From: an uncultured Thiopseudomonas sp.
GTDB taxonomy: Bacteria > Pseudomonadota > Gammaproteobacteria > Pseudomonadales > Pseudomonadaceae
Assembly (NCBI GenBank): GCA_964555485.1
Contig: CAZKTB010000001.1
Coordinates: 5,201 to 42,333, forward strand
DNA: 37,133 bases
Direction: 5' to 3'
The notes under the pieces are model-generated. The model was not told where the DNA came from. It was given only the letters and a program-made list of their open reading frames with translations, and searched no databases. A program made the translations under genes and the position numbers. Below are positions 1 to 11,010 of this stretch, one piece after another (position 1 is the first letter of the stretch; each line of letters begins with the position of its first letter).

Positions 1-281
1 TGCTGCAGGATTATCGTCACTATGTGCTGATGGGCGACTTGAACACCCAGGTAGACGAGCTGCTGTACCGCTCGCCGCTACGCGCGCTTGATTTGCAGGC
101 GCCCCAGCTGGAAGCCACCTTCCCGAGCTGGAAACCCCAGCGCTGTCTGGACCACATTCTGATCAGTCCGGACTTGCAAGTGGCCCGCTCCATGGTGGTC
201 GACCAGCCAATTTCCGACCACCTGCCCGTAGCTACCGAGCTGATCCTGCCCGCTGCCATTTATCCACAGCAGGTACATTAG
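1..281 (+). CDS. Endonuclease/exonuclease/phosphatase (EEP) family protein, 5'-truncated by the window edge
   Basis: Frame is open from base 3 (LQDYRHYVLMGDLN...). It contains the EEP motifs GDLN, TFPSW..LDHIL and SDHLPV, and stops at TAG 279-281. Confidence 0.85.
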   Translation, partial: LQDYRHYVLMGDLNTQVDELLYRSPLRALDLQAPQLEATFPSWKPQRCLDHILISPDLQVARSMVVDQPISDHLPVATELILPAAIYPQQVH

Positions 282-284
282 AAA

Positions 285-307
285 GGTCAGTCAGATCCTG
301 ACTGATC
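285..307. terminator. Stem-loop between convergent genes, possible terminator
   Basis: TCAGTCAG-atc-CTGACTGA (287-305), extendable by G-T and G-C pairs. It is followed by TTTC on the minus strand. Confidence 0.5.
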
Positions 308-337
308 CTGCTCCGGGCCGGAGACTGTAAAATCAGC

Positions 338-838
338 CTAAAAGCGCTGCTGCAACCGCGCCCTGGCCAGCTTGTGCTCAACAGCTTCCAGATCTGGAAT
401 GATCAGACAGTCGCCATCAAGCTGCACTGCCGTCAACTCGCCAGTACGCAACGCGGCACTCTGGTCGCTGTGCAACCTGCTGTCGACCTGTACCGTACGC
501 GGAATGCCCTGTAGCAGTACGCCATAGAATTCCAGGCCGGCAGAAGGGGCCAGGCTGTTGAAAATGGCAATGCGCGATGCCTGGGTGACATCCGGCTCAT
601 CCTCACCGGCCAGCACCTCAAACGACAGCAACGGCAACTGTTGCCCACGCCAGCTGATACGGCCAATCAATCCGTCTTCATGGCGCACTCCACCCGGCAG
701 TGGCTCAGGGGGTTGCCATGCCACCAGCTCAGCCAGGGCCGTGCTGGGTACCAACAGGGTACGTGCCCCGGCCAGTACCAGGGTGAGTCCTGTAAGCAGT
801 TGCTGTGCCTGATGTTCCTGCTGGGCCAGATCCGGCAT
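338..838 (-). CDS. chpC: CheW-like adaptor ChpC
   Basis: 166 aa with CheW-like features (LLVPSTALAELV, LIGRISWRGQQLPLLSFE, LIIPDLEAVE), directly downstream of chpA. Confidence 0.8.
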   Translation of the reverse strand: MPDLAQQEHQAQQLLTGLTLVLAGARTLLVPSTALAELVAWQPPEPLPGGVRHEDGLIGRISWRGQQLPLLSFEVLAGEDEPDVTQASRIAIFNSLAPSAGLEFYGVLLQGIPRTVQVDSRLHSDQSAALRTGELTAVQLDGDCLIIPDLEAVEHKLARARLQQRF

Positions 839-923
839 CCTGTTTTCTCCTCATGACTGATATCGGGCCTGCCTGATTGCGGTCCCCTGCACCAGCCCGG
901 CAGCCAGCCAGGCTAGTGCATGC

Positions 924-3900
924 CTAGCTGGTCAACTCCCGGATGGTATCCAGCAGTTCTGTTTCCTGGTACGGCTTGCCAAGGTATTCATTGACGCCAA
1001 TGGCCAGTGCCCGCTCACGGTGCTTGTCACCGGTACGCGAGGTCACCATGATGATCGGCAGATCCCGCAACTGCTCATCATGGCGCACCAGGGTGGCCAC
1101 CTCGAAACCATCCATGCGCGGCATCTCGATATCCAGCAGCATGATGTCGGGTCGCTGCTCCTGCAGCTGGTTGATCGCATCGATACCGTCCTTTGCCGTG
1201 GTGACATGCATGCCGTAACGCTCCAGCAGGCGCGAGGTGACCTTGCGTACGGTTACCGAGTCATCCACCACCATGACATGCAGCCCCCGCTCACTGATAA
1301 CCGGCTTGCGTGGCAGCTGACGTGGCTGGCTGCGACCCGCCGACACCAGCTGCTGGGCATAGCTGCTGCGAATCGTTGCCAGCAAGTCCAGAATGACAAC
1401 CACACGGCCATCACCAAGAATGGTTGCACCGGACAGGCTGGGAACACCGGCAAATTGTGGCCCCAGGCTTTTCACCACGATCTCGCGCGAACCGGCCAGG
1501 CTGTCCACCTGTACCGCTACCGCATGCTCGGACGAGCGCACCAGTACCACCGGCAAGGGCAGGGTCTGGCCTACCAGCTTGGGCTGCTGGCCATTGACCA
1601 GCAGATCGCCAAGGTACTTCAGGTCATAGCTCTGGCCCGCATACTCATAGTGTGCCGGCTGGCCTTCCTGCAAGCGGCTATACAGAATCTCCAGCTCATG
1701 TGGAGATATCCGCACGATACCCTCGATGGTATTGAGCGGAATGGCGTACAGGTCCTCACCGGTTGTCACCATCAGGGCCCGGTTGACCGAAACGGTGAAG
1801 GGCAGCCGGATCAGGAAACGGGTTCCTTTGCCGGTTCCGGACTCGATACTGATGGATCCACCCAGCTGCTTGATTTCGGCGCTGACCACATCCATGCCGA
1901 CACCGCGGCCCGACACCTGGGTCACTTCCTTTGCAGTGGAGAAGCCCGCATGCAGGACGAATTGCATGATCTCGTGATCACTGAGCTCGCTACCTGCCTG
2001 CATCAGGCCTTTTTCGATGGCCTTTTTACGCACCGCCTCAATATTGATGCCGCAGCCGTCATCGCTCAGCGTCAGCAGGATATCGGCCCCTTCACGGGCA
2101 AGCTCAAGACGGATCAGACCGGTTTCCGGCTTGCCACAGGCCAGCCGCACATCAGGCTCTTCCAGTCCGTGACCCACCGCATTACGCAGCATATGCTCCA
2201 GCGGCGCCAGCATGCGCTCCATTACGCTGCGGTCCATTTCGCCTTCAGCGTTGGCGACCAGCAGCTCGGCCTGTTTGCCCAGCTCGGCGGAAATCTGGCG
2301 CACAGTGCGGCGCAGACGTGGCACCAGCCGCTCGAACGGCACCATGCGGGTGCGCATCAGCCCTTCCTGCAGCTCGGTGTTCACCCTGGCCTGTTGCAAC
2401 AACAGGGTTTCGGCATCACGGCTCTTGGCCGAAAGGGTTTCTTTCAGCTCCAGCAAGTCGGAAGCGGACTCGAACAGTGAGCGTGACAGCTGTTGCAACT
2501 GGGAGTGCCGGTCCATTTCCAGCGGGTCAAACTCGGCGTAATCGGAGCCTCCACCCTCGGTCTGCAAACGGCTGAGAATCTGTGCCTGGGTTTCAGTATC
2601 AAGACGGCGCAGCTGGTCACGAATACGGTCCAGGGTGATTTCCACTTCGTGCAGGGTAAAGCCGAAATCGCTCACCTGCTGTTCCACCCGGCTACGAAAA
2701 ATCGAACTTTCACCAGCCAGGTTGACCAACTCCTCGAGCAGCTCTGCGGGAATTCGTACCATCTCCTGCGGGCCCTGCTGCTGCCTGTGTGAAGACTCCT
2801 TCCCTATATCCTTGCGCATGAAAGGCAAGGCTTTTTTCACCAGCCTGCCTGCTGTTGCGGTCAGGGTTTCTGCAGCCGGCGTTTCCGGCAGGCCGGCCAC
2901 CGGGCTGGTAACCTGCTCTTCCGGCTGTGCAACAAAGGAAGCCGGCTCTTCTGTCTTCAGTGGTTCTACAGCTGCAATGGCTGCAGATGGCAAGCTACGC
3001 TGCCAATTGCGGGCAGTTTCCAGCACGGCAGCCACGGATACCGGCGGCCGCTGATCTCGTACCGCCTCCAGCAACTCGTTGAGCTGACCATGGCCAAAAT
3101 ACAAAAATGCACCCAGCTCGTCGCTGTGCTCCATGCGGCCATCCATCAGATCTTCGCACAGGAGCTCCAGCTCGTGTGCCAGCTCGGCCACTTCAGTGAT
3201 CTCGGCCAGGCGCGCACCACCCTTGAGGGTATGCAGATCACGCAACAGGCTTTCCACAGACTCGGGGTTGTTACGGGCAAACTGCCAATTCTGCAGGACA
3301 GCGTCCATCCGCCCAATGATTTCAAAAGCTTCATCAAGGAAGATGCCGACCAGCTCATCCTGCTCTACGGCAGCGGTGTCCACATCTGCAGTCGCATCCA
3401 CCGGCTGATCCGGCAGCGCTGCAGCAAGGGCATCTTCCTGGACCCGAGGTGCGACAGTTCCGTCCCGGCGAAATGCCAGCAGCTGTCCGATCAGCACCTG
3501 CGGGCTGGATAAATCCTGTCCGTTGTGTAGCTGCTCCAGCAGTCCGGTCAGCTGGTCATGGCCTGCATGCAACAATTCGGCCAGTGGCTGACTGGTTTTG
3601 TAACTGCCATCAATCAGGTCTTCGTAAATCGACTCCAGTTCATGGGCAAGATCGCCTACCGAAGTGATATCGGCCATGCGCGCACCGCCTTTCAGGGTAT
3701 GCAGATCACGCATCAGGATCGCCAGACTGTCAGTCTCGGCCGGACTTGCCAACCAGCGCTCAAGGCTCCGGTTGGCGCTGTCCATCAGCTCCAGCGCCTC
3801 ATCCAGGAAAATCTCCAGCAATTCCGGCTCAAAGTCTGCGTAGGCAATCACAGTCGCTTTTTCGGCAGCGACTTCTTCACCTGTGGTTTCCACTTCCGGC

Positions 3901-6900
3901 TCTATGACCGGAATTGGCACCCTATCGCACTCAGGCTCTTGCGCAGCATCAGGGCCAACACTCGTGGCCAGCTGTTGCAGATCTGCGACAAGTTCTGACT
4001 GCGGCGTGACATCCAGCCCGGCAGCCACTTCATCCATCATGCTGATCAGCGCCTCATGCGCCTCGACAACACGGTCAATCTGCCCGTCACCCAGCTGCCG
4101 GCAGCCGGCATGCAGTTGCTGATACAAAACCGACAGCGCGTGCGCCAGGGCTTCGACCGGCTCCAGCCCGGTCATTTGCGCATCATTCTTGAGGGCGACC
4201 AGTTCGCTGTTCAACTCATGCAGTCGCACAGGTTCGGCAGGATGGTTGCGCCACAGTTGCAGAAGATCCTCCATGTTCAGCAACAGGCTCATGTCCTTAA
4301 CCAAAAAGCGGGAAGTGAGCAAGGAAACCGGAGCGATACGGCTAGCCTGCTGCTCACAGGACAGCTGCTGTTCCAGCAGCTGCTCCACATCGCTGATCAG
4401 CTCATCGGTACCTGCCAGCGGCTGCAAGGGGGTACTGAACAACTGCTCCACACCCAGACTCAATAGCCTGGCACAACGTTCCAGTAGCCCGGCCTCCTGT
4501 TCGCCGATCTTGAGCAGGTGTGCACGGTATTCCTTGACCATCTGCTCACAGACGGTCGCCAGACCGGTCACCGGGTTGATCCCGGCCATATGGGCACTAC
4601 CCTTCAGGGTGTGCATGGCACGCTGCAGTTCTTCACTGACCAAGCGCGGCAATTCCGTCCGGCATTCCTCCACAAACGCCAGCAGCACCTGCAAATGCCC
4701 TAACGCTTCGCCATGGAAGATTTCCAGCAGTACCGGATCAAGCTCGTCAGCATCGGCAGTTTCTGCCTGTTCCTCAAGTTCAGCAACGGCTTTGTCGGTC
4801 CGTTCAGCCTGTTCCTCGTCCCCGGCAAATGTCGGCAAAGCTTCCTTTTTGGCCAGGGCATGGGCAATAGCTGCCAGACGGTCAACATCATCACGCTGGC
4901 GCTGGCTCTGCCCGGCATATTCCTCGATCAGCTCGGGCAACAGATCCACTACATCGGTAATCACCTGCAGCAATGGTGCAGAAGTCTCGACCCCGCCTTC
5001 AATTACCCGGTTAAGCATGTTCTCGATGGCCCAGGCCAACTCGCCGACGATCAGTGCCCGCACCATGCGGCCGCTACCCTTGAGCGTATGGAAGGCACGG
5101 CGGACTTCTGTCAGCGCTTTGTCATCAGCCGGATTCTGCTGCCACTGCGGGAAAACCTCTACCAGGGTTTCCAGCACCTCGCCAGCTTCCTCGACAAAGA
5201 CTTCCTGCAGCTCCTCATCCACCGGTTCCTCATCAGCCGGGGGCGGCAGCAGATGCTCAAGCATTTCCTTTGCCGGTGGGTTGATTGCGCTGGTTGCCGC
5301 CAGAATGGCCAACCCCCCTGCCTCACCATCATCAGCCTGACCTTCAGCCGCGGCAGTTGCCGCTTGCGGCAGCTCGACCTCGGGCAGCTCGAAGCTGTCA
5401 ATGGACAGCTCTGCAACCTCTTTGGCAGCTGATTCGTCGAAACTGTCAAACAAAAGCGGAACAGCAGGAACGCCCGGCGCAACCTGTACAGTTTCCTGGA
5501 TCAGATCGCTGCCACTATCGGCAATGACGTTGTCCCGCGACTCCTCCACCGGCTGAGGCAGAGGGGTATCCATCGCTTCCTGATCTCCCCAGCCAAGGTC
5601 ATACAGCTCATTCGGCAGGTTTCTCTCATCGACAATCGGATAGCCCAGAGACGCCATACTCACTGCGGCGGCATCGAGTACCTGCTCGCTGTCGCCAGTC
5701 TGGTCTTCGTACATGCGCTCAAGGTGGTAATCGATACTGCTAATGGCATCAGCCAGTGCATCCAGGTCCTGCCAGTCCGGAACCAGCCGTGAAGCCAGCA
5801 ACTGCTCGTCAATATAGCGTCTGACACTGCTCACCAGCCTGGCGGCACGGGGTAGCGGAATCATCGCCAGGCCGCCACGTACCTGGTTGAGCAGGTCTGA
5901 AACCGGCTCCAGATTCTGGTGCTGCCATTGCGAGGCAATGAACTCGATAATTCCGTCCTTGGTCTGCTCCAGGCCGATGCGCGCCTCGCGGATCACCATG
6001 CGATGGACCAGGGCAAGATCAGTCGGGGCCACCATCTCGGCAACGGCACTATCGACTTCATCGCTACCTGCCATGCCTACCAGGGTTGCTTCAAGGTAAA
6101 GCAGTGCTCCGGCAATATCCATCAGGGCGGCATCACTGGCCGGACTATTGCCGGTGGCCATCTCCTGCAACGCCTCGGCCTGTTCCAGTACCGTCTTGCG
6201 TTGCTGGGCAAACCCCAGCATGGCCAGGGTGTCGGCAATCTGTTTCAAAGGAGCACGTAGCTCTTCAAGCTCGCCCAATGCTTTATGATTGCCGCGTACA
6301 AACAGGTCCAGGCTATCCTTGACCCGAAGCAGCTCTTCACACAGAGCAGTTACCACCGAACGGATGGTACCTCGATCGACAGTACCTGCCTCCAGATTTT
6401 CTGGCGGCAATGCATCTGCCAGATGATAGGTCTGGTGCAAGAGTTGCAGACGTTCCGAATTGGGCTGGGCCTTGGCCACATAAAACAGGATGTTTTTCAG
6501 CAGCTCCCGTGGGGGTGGCTGGTTCAGGCCGTCCACACCATCATGCACCAGCTTCCGCAGCCGGCCATCCAGCTGACGCAGCAATGAACGTACTGCCGTA
6601 CTCAGTTCCAGACTGCAGTTGGCCAGGCCATCGACCAGACCTGATGCCGCCTGCCACAACGGCAGGACAGGTGTGCCGGCGCTGAGTTTTTCCAGTCCGG
6701 CAAATACCCTGGCCAGCTGGATCAGGCTTTGCTCGGTTTGCTGTCCGCGCGCCAGGCCAATCAGGGAAACCTGCATGGTCTGGCGGATTTTTCGCAAGAA
6801 CACTGCAAACTGGAAGCTGTCCAGCCCGGCAAAACGTTCGGGAGCTGTCTCCGGCAATTCCGCCGGCATCACCGGGTTGAACAGGCCGGACTGGGACATG

Positions 6901-7295
6901 AAGCTGTCGCCACGAGCGGCCCGCAGATCGTTGAGCAGCGGCAACACGGCCATCGGCAGGTCCCGACGCGCGGTCTGGACACGCTCAAGGTAGCGGGGCA
7001 ACTGCAAGATGGCCTGCATCAGCACGTCCAGCGCCTCATTGACGTTGGCCACTTTCTCGTCAAGCAGGGCTTGTGCAAGCAGCTCCATCTCTTCAGCCAG
7101 CAGGGCGGCGCCGAAAAACTGCACCATCTGCAAAATGCCGTTGACCTGATGAAGATAAGCCAGGCAGTAGCTCAGCCCGGTGCTGTTCCCGGGCTGTTCC
7201 ACAAATGTTTCCAGCGACTGGCGTGCCTGCTTCAGGGTTTCGGCAATCTCGCCCCTGACCCACTCCAGCGCTACGTAATCGTGACGATCACCCAC
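924..7295 (-). CDS. chpA: CheA-like hybrid histidine kinase ChpA (multiple Hpt domains, HATPase, CheW, receiver)
   Basis: GTG start at 7295 gives (M)GDRHDYVALEWV, the Pseudomonas ChpA N-terminus; the ORF track extends to 7319. It has four HTLKG Hpt motifs, HMLRNAVGHG and SGRGVGMDVV kinase boxes, a CheW domain and a C-terminal receiver (VVDDS, LDIEMPRMDG, GKPY). Confidence 0.95.
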   Translation of the reverse strand: MGDRHDYVALEWVRGEIAETLKQARQSLETFVEQPGNSTGLSYCLAYLHQVNGILQMVQFFGAALLAEEMELLAQALLDEKVANVNEALDVLMQAILQLPRYLERVQTARRDLPMAVLPLLNDLRAARGDSFMSQSGLFNPVMPAELPETAPERFAGLDSFQFAVFLRKIRQTMQVSLIGLARGQQTEQSLIQLARVFAGLEKLSAGTPVLPLWQAASGLVDGLANCSLELSTAVRSLLRQLDGRLRKLVHDGVDGLNQPPPRELLKNILFYVAKAQPNSERLQLLHQTYHLADALPPENLEAGTVDRGTIRSVVTALCEELLRVKDSLDLFVRGNHKALGELEELRAPLKQIADTLAMLGFAQQRKTVLEQAEALQEMATGNSPASDAALMDIAGALLYLEATLVGMAGSDEVDSAVAEMVAPTDLALVHRMVIREARIGLEQTKDGIIEFIASQWQHQNLEPVSDLLNQVRGGLAMIPLPRAARLVSSVRRYIDEQLLASRLVPDWQDLDALADAISSIDYHLERMYEDQTGDSEQVLDAAAVSMASLGYPIVDERNLPNELYDLGWGDQEAMDTPLPQPVEESRDNVIADSGSDLIQETVQVAPGVPAVPLLFDSFDESAAKEVAELSIDSFELPEVELPQAATAAAEGQADDGEAGGLAILAATSAINPPAKEMLEHLLPPPADEEPVDEELQEVFVEEAGEVLETLVEVFPQWQQNPADDKALTEVRRAFHTLKGSGRMVRALIVGELAWAIENMLNRVIEGGVETSAPLLQVITDVVDLLPELIEEYAGQSQRQRDDVDRLAAIAHALAKKEALPTFAGDEEQAERTDKAVAELEEQAETADADELDPVLLEIFHGEALGHLQVLLAFVEECRTELPRLVSEELQRAMHTLKGSAHMAGINPVTGLATVCEQMVKEYRAHLLKIGEQEAGLLERCARLLSLGVEQLFSTPLQPLAGTDELISDVEQLLEQQLSCEQQASRIAPVSLLTSRFLVKDMSLLLNMEDLLQLWRNHPAEPVRLHELNSELVALKNDAQMTGLEPVEALAHALSVLYQQLHAGCRQLGDGQIDRVVEAHEALISMMDEVAAGLDVTPQSELVADLQQLATSVGPDAAQEPECDRVPIPVIEPEVETTGEEVAAEKATVIAYADFEPELLEIFLDEALELMDSANRSLERWLASPAETDSLAILMRDLHTLKGGARMADITSVGDLAHELESIYEDLIDGSYKTSQPLAELLHAGHDQLTGLLEQLHNGQDLSSPQVLIGQLLAFRRDGTVAPRVQEDALAAALPDQPVDATADVDTAAVEQDELVGIFLDEAFEIIGRMDAVLQNWQFARNNPESVESLLRDLHTLKGGARLAEITEVAELAHELELLCEDLMDGRMEHSDELGAFLYFGHGQLNELLEAVRDQRPPVSVAAVLETARNWQRSLPSAAIAAVEPLKTEEPASFVAQPEEQVTSPVAGLPETPAAETLTATAGRLVKKALPFMRKDIGKESSHRQQQGPQEMVRIPAELLEELVNLAGESSIFRSRVEQQVSDFGFTLHEVEITLDRIRDQLRRLDTETQAQILSRLQTEGGGSDYAEFDPLEMDRHSQLQQLSRSLFESASDLLELKETLSAKSRDAETLLLQQARVNTELQEGLMRTRMVPFERLVPRLRRTVRQISAELGKQAELLVANAEGEMDRSVMERMLAPLEHMLRNAVGHGLEEPDVRLACGKPETGLIRLELAREGADILLTLSDDGCGINIEAVRKKAIEKGLMQAGSELSDHEIMQFVLHAGFSTAKEVTQVSGRGVGMDVVSAEIKQLGGSISIESGTGKGTRFLIRLPFTVSVNRALMVTTGEDLYAIPLNTIEGIVRISPHELEILYSRLQEGQPAHYEYAGQSYDLKYLGDLLVNGQQPKLVGQTLPLPVVLVRSSEHAVAVQVDSLAGSREIVVKSLGPQFAGVPSLSGATILGDGRVVVILDLLATIRSSYAQQLVSAGRSQPRQLPRKPVISERGLHVMVVDDSVTVRKVTSRLLERYGMHVTTAKDGIDAINQLQEQRPDIMLLDIEMPRMDGFEVATLVRHDEQLRDLPIIMVTSRTGDKHRERALAIGVNEYLGKPYQETELLDTIRELTS

Positions 7296-7513
7296 GGCTA
7301 ATCCACCCATAGTGCTCATTATCCTTTCCGGACCAGAGCCTGCTTCCGCAACTGGTCATGGCCACACCTGCCAGCGATCTGCGGTCAGCAGTCTGTTCAC
7401 CAGTAACAAAAGAGGTCGCTGCACAATGCCGTTCATGTTTCCGATAGCATGCTTTGCCTGTCCAGCGGACACTCTTACAGTCTGCACGGCCGCCAACAAC
7501 CATCTGGCTGCTG

Positions 7514-9553
7514 TCAGACGTTCTGGTCTGGCAAGGTGAAACCGGAAACGGATTCACGCATTTCATTAGCCAGGCGAGCCAGATGCCCGATACTCTGGGC
7601 GGTTGCCATGGTGCCCGAGGACGTTTGCGAGGTAATTTCCTGAATCACGTTCATCGTGCTGGAGATATGGCCTGCCGATGACGCCTGTTGGCGAGCGGAG
7701 TTGGAAATGCTCTGAATCAGGCTGGCCAGGTTTTGGGAAACACTTTCGATTTCTTCCAGTGAAACACCGGCATCCTGGGCCAGACCCGCTCCGCGCACCA
7801 CCTCGGTAGTGGTTTGCTCCATCGAGATAACGGCTTCGTTGGTGTCGGTCTGAATGGTTTTTACCAGCGCTTCAATCTGTTTGGTTGCAGCCGAGGAGCG
7901 TTCGGCCAGTCGCTGTACTTCATCAGCTACAACTGCAAAGCCACGTCCGGCATCACCGGCCATGGACGCCTGGATGGCGGCGTTCAGGGCCAGAATATTG
8001 GTCTGGTCGGCAATGTCGTTGATCAGGCTGACGATATCGCCAATCTCCTGGGACGACTCACCCAGACGCTTGATCCGTTTGGAAGTGTCCTGAATCTGCT
8101 CGCGAATCTTGTCCATGCCGGCAATGGTGTTGTGCACCACCTGGCTGCCCTTGTTGGCGATGCCTACCGAGCGCTCGGCAACCGCAGCAGATTCCACGGC
8201 GTTGGTTGATACCTGGTCGATCGAGACCGCCATTTCATTGATGGCAGCAGATGCTCCGGCAATTTCCTGGGCCTGATGCTCGGATGCTTCGGCCAGGCGC
8301 ATGGCAGTGGACTGGGTGTCCTGCGCCGCAGTCGATACCTGGACCGCCGAGGTATTGATGGTACCGACCAGATCACGCAGCTGGTCAATGGTGAAGTTGA
8401 TGGAGTCGGCAATGGCGCCGGTGAAGTCTTCGGTAACCGTTGCCTCTGCAGTCAGGTCACCATCGGCCAGGTCACCGATTTCATCCAGCAAACGTAAAAT
8501 GGCAGCCTGGTTGCGATCGTTTTTCGCGGCAGTTTCCTGCAGGCGAAGGCGGGTTTCACGGATATTGACCAGACCAATCAGGATGATGGTAGTCAGGACC
8601 AGTGCACCCAGCAGATAACCGGCAACGATGTTGAGCACACGGCTGGCAGCGATCTCCTCGAAGCGCTGCGCCAGGCGCGAAGTATTCGCCAACAGGCTCT
8701 GGGATACGCTGGAAGTGCCATCGGCAGCCTCACGCACACTGAACAATTCAGGCGAAGCATCGAGAATCTGGTCAACCGACTCCGCAACCACGGCAAACAG
8801 CTCACTGATCTCGTCCAGGCGCTCGACCGCTTCATCGTCAGTCACCGGAGTGATCTGCATGGCCTGGTCGCCTTCACGCATGCCTTTCAGTACCCGGCCG
8901 AACAGGCTGGCATCACGGCTGAACATGTCTGCGGCCAGTACCGCATTCTCATCACCTGAGAGCACCCGGGTTACCGAAGTATTGACCCGTTCGGCCAGTA
9001 GCGACTGACGCTGGGCAATTGCCACCTGGTCCGATGGCGCGTTCGCCCGCAACAGGATATCAACCACTTCTTCGTATTCGAGCTGCAGCTGCGGAATGGT
9101 GTCGGCCAGGGTGGAAGCCAGCTCGTGCAGGGCAGCAACGGTTTCCTGGCTATCCAGGATCACGCCGCTATGTCGGCGCAGCTGCTGCCAGTCGTGTGCC
9201 ACCGCCTCGACTTCCGCTGCCATCTGCGCCGGCGCTGCAGGCAGGCCGGTATCGGCATTACCATGCTGGATATGGTTCCAGCGGTTATCGAATTCGCTGC
9301 GTGCCTCACGTAGCGAGCGGAAGCCTTCCTCGCTGTCGGCGGCCGCTTCAGAAACGTTTTTGGCGATCCGCTGTGACAGAACCCTCAGCTCACCGGCATG
9401 GGCAAGATATTCCTTGTCATTGGTGGCCTGTGTGCTCAGATACAGGAAGTTGACCAGCAGCAGAATCGCCGAAACAAACAAGATGACAAACAAGATGGTT
9501 CTTGTAACACCACCGCGCGTGCCTGTAAGCAGGCTATTGTTGAGTTTTTTCAT
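7514..9553 (-). CDS. pilJ: Methyl-accepting chemotaxis protein PilJ
   Basis: Two TM segments, periplasmic PilJ-type repeats ([12 protein letters not shown]), and the MCP signalling hairpin [37 protein letters not shown]. Confidence 0.95.
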   Translation of the reverse strand: MKKLNNSLLTGTRGGVTRTILFVILFVSAILLLVNFLYLSTQATNDKEYLAHAGELRVLSQRIAKNVSEAAADSEEGFRSLREARSEFDNRWNHIQHGNADTGLPAAPAQMAAEVEAVAHDWQQLRRHSGVILDSQETVAALHELASTLADTIPQLQLEYEEVVDILLRANAPSDQVAIAQRQSLLAERVNTSVTRVLSGDENAVLAADMFSRDASLFGRVLKGMREGDQAMQITPVTDDEAVERLDEISELFAVVAESVDQILDASPELFSVREAADGTSSVSQSLLANTSRLAQRFEEIAASRVLNIVAGYLLGALVLTTIILIGLVNIRETRLRLQETAAKNDRNQAAILRLLDEIGDLADGDLTAEATVTEDFTGAIADSINFTIDQLRDLVGTINTSAVQVSTAAQDTQSTAMRLAEASEHQAQEIAGASAAINEMAVSIDQVSTNAVESAAVAERSVGIANKGSQVVHNTIAGMDKIREQIQDTSKRIKRLGESSQEIGDIVSLINDIADQTNILALNAAIQASMAGDAGRGFAVVADEVQRLAERSSAATKQIEALVKTIQTDTNEAVISMEQTTTEVVRGAGLAQDAGVSLEEIESVSQNLASLIQSISNSARQQASSAGHISSTMNVIQEITSQTSSGTMATAQSIGHLARLANEMRESVSGFTLPDQNV

Positions 9554-9645
9554 TTATTGGCCCCACCCGGCCCTGTCTTTCCAGTTTTCTGATCGTACGG
9601 GCCGACAACTGCGGCCCTTCCTACTTTCCATGTCCGCCTGTCAGC

Positions 9646-10176
9646 TCAGGCCACCACATCCAGAAACCCTTGGTCTTCAGCCAACACATGCGGGCTGAAG
9701 ACCACCCAGTCACGCTCACCATGAAATGTTCCGTGCACATAAGGCCTGACGCTATCCGGGATTTCACCTACGGCTTCATCAAAGCTGTCAACTTCGAAAT
9801 GTTGCATGCCCAGGACCTCGTCTACCACCAAACCGGCAAACAGGCTCTGATACTCCAGCACCATGACACGGCGCGTCTTGCGACTGTCTTGCGGCTCCAG
9901 TTCCAGGAAGGCCCCCAGGTCCATTACCGGCAGCAAGCGGCCACGCACATTGGCCACCCCCATGACCCAGCTTTTGACGCCGGGCAACAGGGTGAAGCGC
10001 GGCTCGGGCAACACCTCGGCCACCTCGCCCATGGGTGCAATGTAATATTGCCGGCCCAGACGAAAGCCGATGCCACTCCAGTATTCCCGGTTTTTCTGCT
10101 GCGCCGGCAGAGCCACGGCACGATCGCGATAACGCCGATCGAACTCAAGCAGCTGCTGCAAGGGACTCTTGACCAT
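9646..10176 (-). CDS. pilI: CheW-like protein PilI
   Basis: WSGIGFRLG and PGVKSWVMGVANVRGRLLPVMDL; lies between pilH and pilJ. Confidence 0.92.
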   Translation of the reverse strand: MVKSPLQQLLEFDRRYRDRAVALPAQQKNREYWSGIGFRLGRQYYIAPMGEVAEVLPEPRFTLLPGVKSWVMGVANVRGRLLPVMDLGAFLELEPQDSRKTRRVMVLEYQSLFAGLVVDEVLGMQHFEVDSFDEAVGEIPDSVRPYVHGTFHGERDWVVFSPHVLAEDQGFLDVVA

Positions 10177-10186
10177 CGGCCGGCCC

Positions 10187-10549
10187 TTAATCCAGCACGT
10201 CGGTCAGAGCACGCAGCAGCACGGCTTCCTCGACCGGCTTGGTCAGGTAGCCGCGCGCACCCTGGCGCTTGCCCCAGACCTTGTCGGTCTCCTGGTCCTT
10301 GGTGGTAACAATGATGACCGGGATATGACTGGTTGCCGGATCCTTGGTCAGCTGCCTGGTGGCCTGAAAGCCGTTCAGCCCGGGCATGACAATATCCATC
10401 AGGATGGCATCCGGCAGCTCTTTTCTGGCCAGTGCCACACCATCCGCACCATTGTCTGCCTTGTACACCTGATAACCATTTTTCTCCAGCATGGTTGCCA
10501 GCTTGTATACCTCGGTTGGCGAGTCATCAATAATCAGGACACTAGCCAT
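10187..10549 (-). CDS. pilH: Single-domain response regulator PilH
   Basis: LIIDDSPTE, MDIVMPGLNGFQATRQL, TTKDQETDKVWGKRQGA. Confidence 0.95.
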   Translation of the reverse strand: MASVLIIDDSPTEVYKLATMLEKNGYQVYKADNGADGVALARKELPDAILMDIVMPGLNGFQATRQLTKDPATSHIPVIIVTTKDQETDKVWGKRQGARGYLTKPVEEAVLLRALTDVLD

Positions 10550-10605
10550 GATTTTCCTCTTTTATTATTCGGTTCCGGCTGCTCAGCCGCTACTCAAGGT
10601 ATCAA

Positions 10606-11010
10606 TCAGGCTTCATCGACAGGCTCGAAGCCCGGCACGTGCACCTTGATCGCCCCGATCAACTCATCTTTGCTGAATGGTTTGGTCAGATACTGGTCCG
10701 AACCAACGATACGCCCCTTGGCCTTGTCGAACAGGCCATCCCTGGACGACAGCATGATGACTGGCGTACCCCTGAATTCGCTATTGTTCTTGATCAGTGC
10801 GCAAGTTTGATAACCATCCAGGCGCGGCATCATGATGTCGACAAAAATCACGTCGGGACGGGTATCGGTAATTTTCGCCAGTGCATCAAAGCCGTCAATT
10901 GCCGTGATCACTTCGCAACCGACCTTCTTAAGCAGTGTTTCTGCTGTACGACGAATTGTCTTGGAGTCGTCGATCACCATCACTTTCAAGCTGTCTGAAT
11001 TCTGTCCCAT
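10606..11010 (-). CDS. pilG: Single-domain response regulator PilG
   Basis: ATG at 11010 (MGQNSDSLKVMVIDDSKTIRRTAETLL), with DIMMPRLDGYQTCALIKNN and GLFDKAKGRIVGSDQYLTKPF. Confidence 0.95.
   Translation of the reverse strand: MGQNSDSLKVMVIDDSKTIRRTAETLLKKVGCEVITAIDGFDALAKITDTRPDVIFVDIMMPRLDGYQTCALIKNNSEFRGTPVIMLSSRDGLFDKAKGRIVGSDQYLTKPFSKDELIGAIKVHVPGFEPVDEA

Noticed and set aside
7296-7513. pilJ-chpA spacer as a pilK pseudogene or small ORF
   Set aside because: None of the three minus-strand frames resembles CheR/PilK by eye, and the short ORFs have no supporting features.
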